Assembly: GCA_964106915.2 (NCBI GenBank) | Contig: OZ066924.1 | Length of the DNA: 64,000 bases | Strand: one strand, 5' to 3' | Origin: Podarcis gaigeae | Taxonomy: Eukaryota | In this document: positions 60,301-64,000 of the stretch, piece by piece | Numbering within the stretch: position 1 is the first letter of the stretch | How the letters are laid out: each line of letters opens with the position of its first letter | Program-made: the position numbers and the translations under genes | The notes under the pieces: generated by a model | Told to the model about the DNA's origin: nothing | Databases searched by the model: none | What the model saw: the letters and a program-made list of their open reading frames with translations, nothing else

Positions 60301-63300
60301 AAAGTGAAGGTACAGTACAAAAACACGCTCAGATGGAAGAGATAAGACAGTCTTCCGTTTCCACACTCTTCCCAGACATCTCATGTGATTTATACTAATC
60401 ACACCAGCAGCATCAGCTGCATAAAATTCCCAACAAGGATAACCTCATTATCCAACCTATAATGTATTGAACACATTGAAATATACCTTAAAGTAAAACA
60501 AATTTAGGATTTGCCTGTAAGAACATTTACTTTTGAGAAGCCTTGGTGGCTATGCATGAAAGCAAAAGTCAAAATCCAAATTTTTCCGCATCAACAAGGG
60601 TCTCTTCTTGAACTAACAGTGAAGAAACATAGGTCTCTAGGAAGCTGCCTTACACCATGTCAGGCTAGCAGTCCTTCTAGCTCAGTATTGTCAGCACTGA
60701 CTCGGGTTTTGGACAGGGATCTTTCCTTACCTAGAGATGCCATTGAATCTACCATTGAACTATAGCACTTTATAGTGCTATAGCACTGCCAAGTGTGCAA
60801 CATCATTCACTCAGAACTATTTCAACTTTTTTATTTTATTAAATATGGGTGGTAGTCAACCAGTCATATTCAGAGTAGGCCCACTGAAATCTGTGGATTT
60901 AGTCATGACTAACTTAAGTCGATTGATTTCAGTGAGTCTGCTCTGATATTACTTTGTTTGATACCACCCTATATTTCTAATCTTGCTCGCATTATGGTAA
61001 CATTGTAAACATTGCTTGTGAAGTTATCTCAGGACAGCTGTTTAGTGCTTAATGTCATAAGACAATAAAAATGGTAGCAAGGTCAGACAGGTTGAGTCAA
61101 GCAAGGTTGTGTTTATAATGCAAAATAGGTCTATTATGTAGCATTAATTTGTACAATGCCATCTGTGTGCACAGAACTGCAAGGAGCAGCATAAGAAAAA
61201 GACATGTCCCTGCCCTGTCGAGGTTACAGTCTAAATTTGAGCTGTAGGGAGAGGTAATAGTGCATAAATATGTATACTTAAGGATTTGTTCTGGTTGAGC
61301 TGAGGGCTGTGAATAGGGAGCGGGGTGATGAAGGATTTGAAGTAGGGAAGAGTGGCATCAGCTAGGGGGCAACACTGCAGAAAGAACTGAGCTATTTAAG
61401 AGAGCAGACATTTCCTTTTAAACACAAATACTAGCTTCATTTGTACAAGACAACTCAGATCCCTATTAAGTTAGGGTGCAGTGACCCAAAACAAAACCTT
61501 TGAAGACAAAAGGACCCATCAAGGCACCATTAAATGTGCTTAATGAAACAGTGTGTGGCTCAGCCTTCATAAGCCTTACTCCTTGTAGTATCTTACAATT
61601 AAGCTGAACAACCTGAATATGTTTGTGCCTCTGTCCTAGGGAGACTGAGATTTTCTCTCCCCTACTCACCGCTCAAATATTGAGTGATTGGGGGAAAGCA
61701 ATTTGCCGCTTTCCCCCTTTCCTGTTTGTAGAACTTGTAGGAATTCCTTCCATGATTTTTCAGTCTTCACTTTGCATTCACCCCCTTCCAAAGGATACAC
61801 AGTTCAGTTATTTGAAATAGGATTTGACTTTCTGCGAATGGTTACACATTCTCATCAACAGCACTAAGGGACCTTCATCATGGAGGTGCATTAAATTGTT
61901 TATTCACTTTTTGCCAATCGCTGTAAAGAGACTGCTATTAACCTCTATGAATTTTCCTCTTTTCGGTGGTGGGAGATTTTGGAAAGGGGCTGAAAAGCTA
62001 AGCTATGGAAGAGAGAACAGCCTGGGCAGAACAGAAATTAAAATAAACACAAGACCCAGTATGTACGTGATTAACACTAAATTAGCACTCAATAATCCTC
62101 CCCGCACCCCTTTTTGTACTTGTGTGCCAGACAATCACAGCTATCCTTTTCGAGTTTTGGTCTGGTTTCTTGGGCAGGAGAACTCTTCTTAATGTCTGTT
62201 GCTGAAAAGTATGTGTTCTGGCTCTGATATCCTCAGTCACTGATGAATCAAAGAGGAATGTTTGCCCATTTCGTGACTGGTGTACTGTAATCAATGGGCT
62301 CAGTATTCACTCCATGATTGCCCACATAATGCAGTCTTGTTTCTGATATGCAGGCTCCCTGCTATTCAAGCTTCATGCCTTTTCTAAGGAAAGGCTGCCA
62401 AAATCTGTATGTTTGTTGTTGTTTAGAATGTTCCATAGATTTCATGCAATAGGCATATCTATAAAATTATGTAACCTGCACATATAGTGAGGAACCTGGC
62501 AGTTAGCACTTTGAATAGTTCCTACATTAGCTGAAATAAATTTGGACAGGCTTAATCAAAACCACCATTTATTTTGAAGAACTGTACTGGAATCCATCCA
62601 TGAAAATATATACATGTGAAAAGGTAGAAAACCCAGCTGTCCATGAAGTATTTATCCTAACCTCTACCAATATTTGGCTGGGTTAATTAAAAATTGAAGC
62701 CAACAGAGATAGAAGCAATTTGTAGTGGGTCAGTACAAATTCAGTAGCACTAACATATTTAAAGGCTTGCTGTTAAAAATGAATAGCACAATTCAGCCCA
62801 ATACCCGTGTTTTGTACCCTGTTGAGTTCTTCAGTGTGTCCCATTAAAATGAATGAGCCCTAAGTTATTACCTTTAGACCACACAAAGGCTTCAGATCAA
62901 AGATTGATGAGTAAAAGGAAAAATATATTAGTGTTAATCTATGAAGTCTTCTGAAAGCAGAAAACTTCTCACACTGATGTTCCACAACCAAACATGGGGT
63001 TACAGTAGGTGAAATATAGTAAATAAGGAAGATCCAGCATATAGTTCATAAAATCTAATGGACCATAAGATCTTGAGAGAGAGCTCATGCAAACTGAAAA
63101 ACTTTTCTGGCTATGGAATCACTTTTCAAAAGAATATTTTTTTTGCTGACTTTATATTTTTCCTCCAACACAGGAGATTCTGGTGTCTGGGGTTTGAAAA
63201 AAAACTTTGCTTTGTTGGAACTCCTGGAACGACTTCAAAATGGACTTGGTGGTCAGTGTGGGACAACTGAAGAAGCCATTGGCCTCTCTGGAGAGGTGGT

Positions 63301-64000
63301 AGTAATCCATTTTGTATTTCATTTTGTGTCACTTTCAGAGTAGTGTTCCCAATCAATTTTTAATATTTCAGTTTGATTGTCCTTTTCAGATGTCATAAAT
63401 GTTTGATTTTAATTCAGTGATTTCAACATTACTACATTAACAACTAAAAGACCTGGACCTAAATTACATGTTCAGGAGTATCGAGTGGTACAGATTCTCC
63501 TGGACTATATAATTTCAGATTTGTACCTGCGCTCTCAATCAGAACTGTCAAGTAACGGCTGTTCTATTCGATATTTCTGACTACATAGTAGTTTCTAGAA
63601 AGTGTATGCTAGTTCCCTAGAGCAGGTATCTATAAAATTTTGTTTCATCGATTGGGCGATAATTGGGCAAGCATTGGGATTTTGATTTGTAGCCATAATA
63701 AGCTTTCAGCACTTTTATTCACCAAGGTGTTTGAAAAGATTTTACTGATTTAATTGTGTGCATTTTAGTCTGTTTTTCTTGTTAATGCTGTACAATGCCT
63801 TGGAATCTAATATTAAAAACATTTTTATGCGACCAGTTACCATGAGTAAATAATGTTCTAGTTTTTCTTTTTGTTAGTGCATTGTCCGCTGTGATGAAGA
63901 TGAAACGCATCTTGCTTCAGTATACTGCACTGTTTGTGCCACTCACCTGTGTGCAGAGTGTTCCCAACTCACACATTCCACGAAGACACTTGCAAAACAC
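57303..64000 (+). CDS. TRIM23: E3 ubiquitin ligase TRIM23 (ARD1), exons 1-4; gene continues past the right edge
   Basis: join(57303..57395,59423..59585,63174..63295,63878..>64000); RING CGVCEDVFSLQGDKVPRLLLCGHTVCHDC...CPFD and B-box CDEDETHLASVYCTVCATHLCAEC. Confidence 0.96.
57648..57710. repeat. Compound microsatellite (CA)n(GATA)n(CA)n(GA)n
   Basis: Directly visible in TRIM23 intron 1. Confidence 0.95.
59423..59585 (+). CDS. TRIM23: TRIM23 exon 2 (RING)
   Basis: VLECGVCEDVFSLQGDKVPRLLLCGHTVCHDCLTRLPLHGRAVRCPFDRQVTEL. Confidence 0.97.
63174..63295 (+). CDS. TRIM23: TRIM23 exon 3
   Basis: DSGVWGLKKNFALLELLERLQNGLGGQCGTTEEAIGLSGE. Confidence 0.95.
63878..64000 (+). CDS. TRIM23: TRIM23 exon 4 (B-box, partial)
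   Basis: CIVRCDEDETHLASVYCTVCATHLCAECSQLTHSTKTLAKH. Confidence 0.95.

Overview
Vertebrate genomic DNA from a squamate reptile, probably a lacertid lizard (inferred from Sauria SINE, BovB and the CR1/hAT/mariner MITE content). The window holds the conserved NLN-SGTB-TRAPPC13/SHLD3-TRIM23 cluster. NLN (neurolysin, minus strand) has coding exons 1-6, with exon 6 cut off by the left edge. SGTB (plus strand) is complete, with 10 coding exons and 304 aa. TRAPPC13 (minus strand) is complete, with 13 coding exons and 416-417 aa. SHLD3 (Shieldin subunit 3, 246 aa) is a single-exon ORF hidden in TRAPPC13 intron 1 on the same strand. TRIM23 (plus strand) has exons 1-4, with exon 4 cut off by the right edge. 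Two CpG-island bidirectional promoters (NLN/SGTB and TRAPPC13-SHLD3/TRIM23) and one tail-to-tail junction (SGTB/TRAPPC13) link all five genes. All exon boundaries were read by eye as GT-AG and checked for reading-frame continuity; protein identities come from recalled mammalian orthologues, not a database search. The most notable points are the shared-exon and uORF logic upstream of SHLD3, a ~970-bp retroposed ORF1-only (HAL1-like) element with a 16-bp target-site duplication, an 18-nt TRAPPC13 microexon with a downstream bipartite QKI element, and ZNF143-like motifs carried by MITEs. No clearly new gene system was found; the nested SHLD3 arrangement is already known in mammals.
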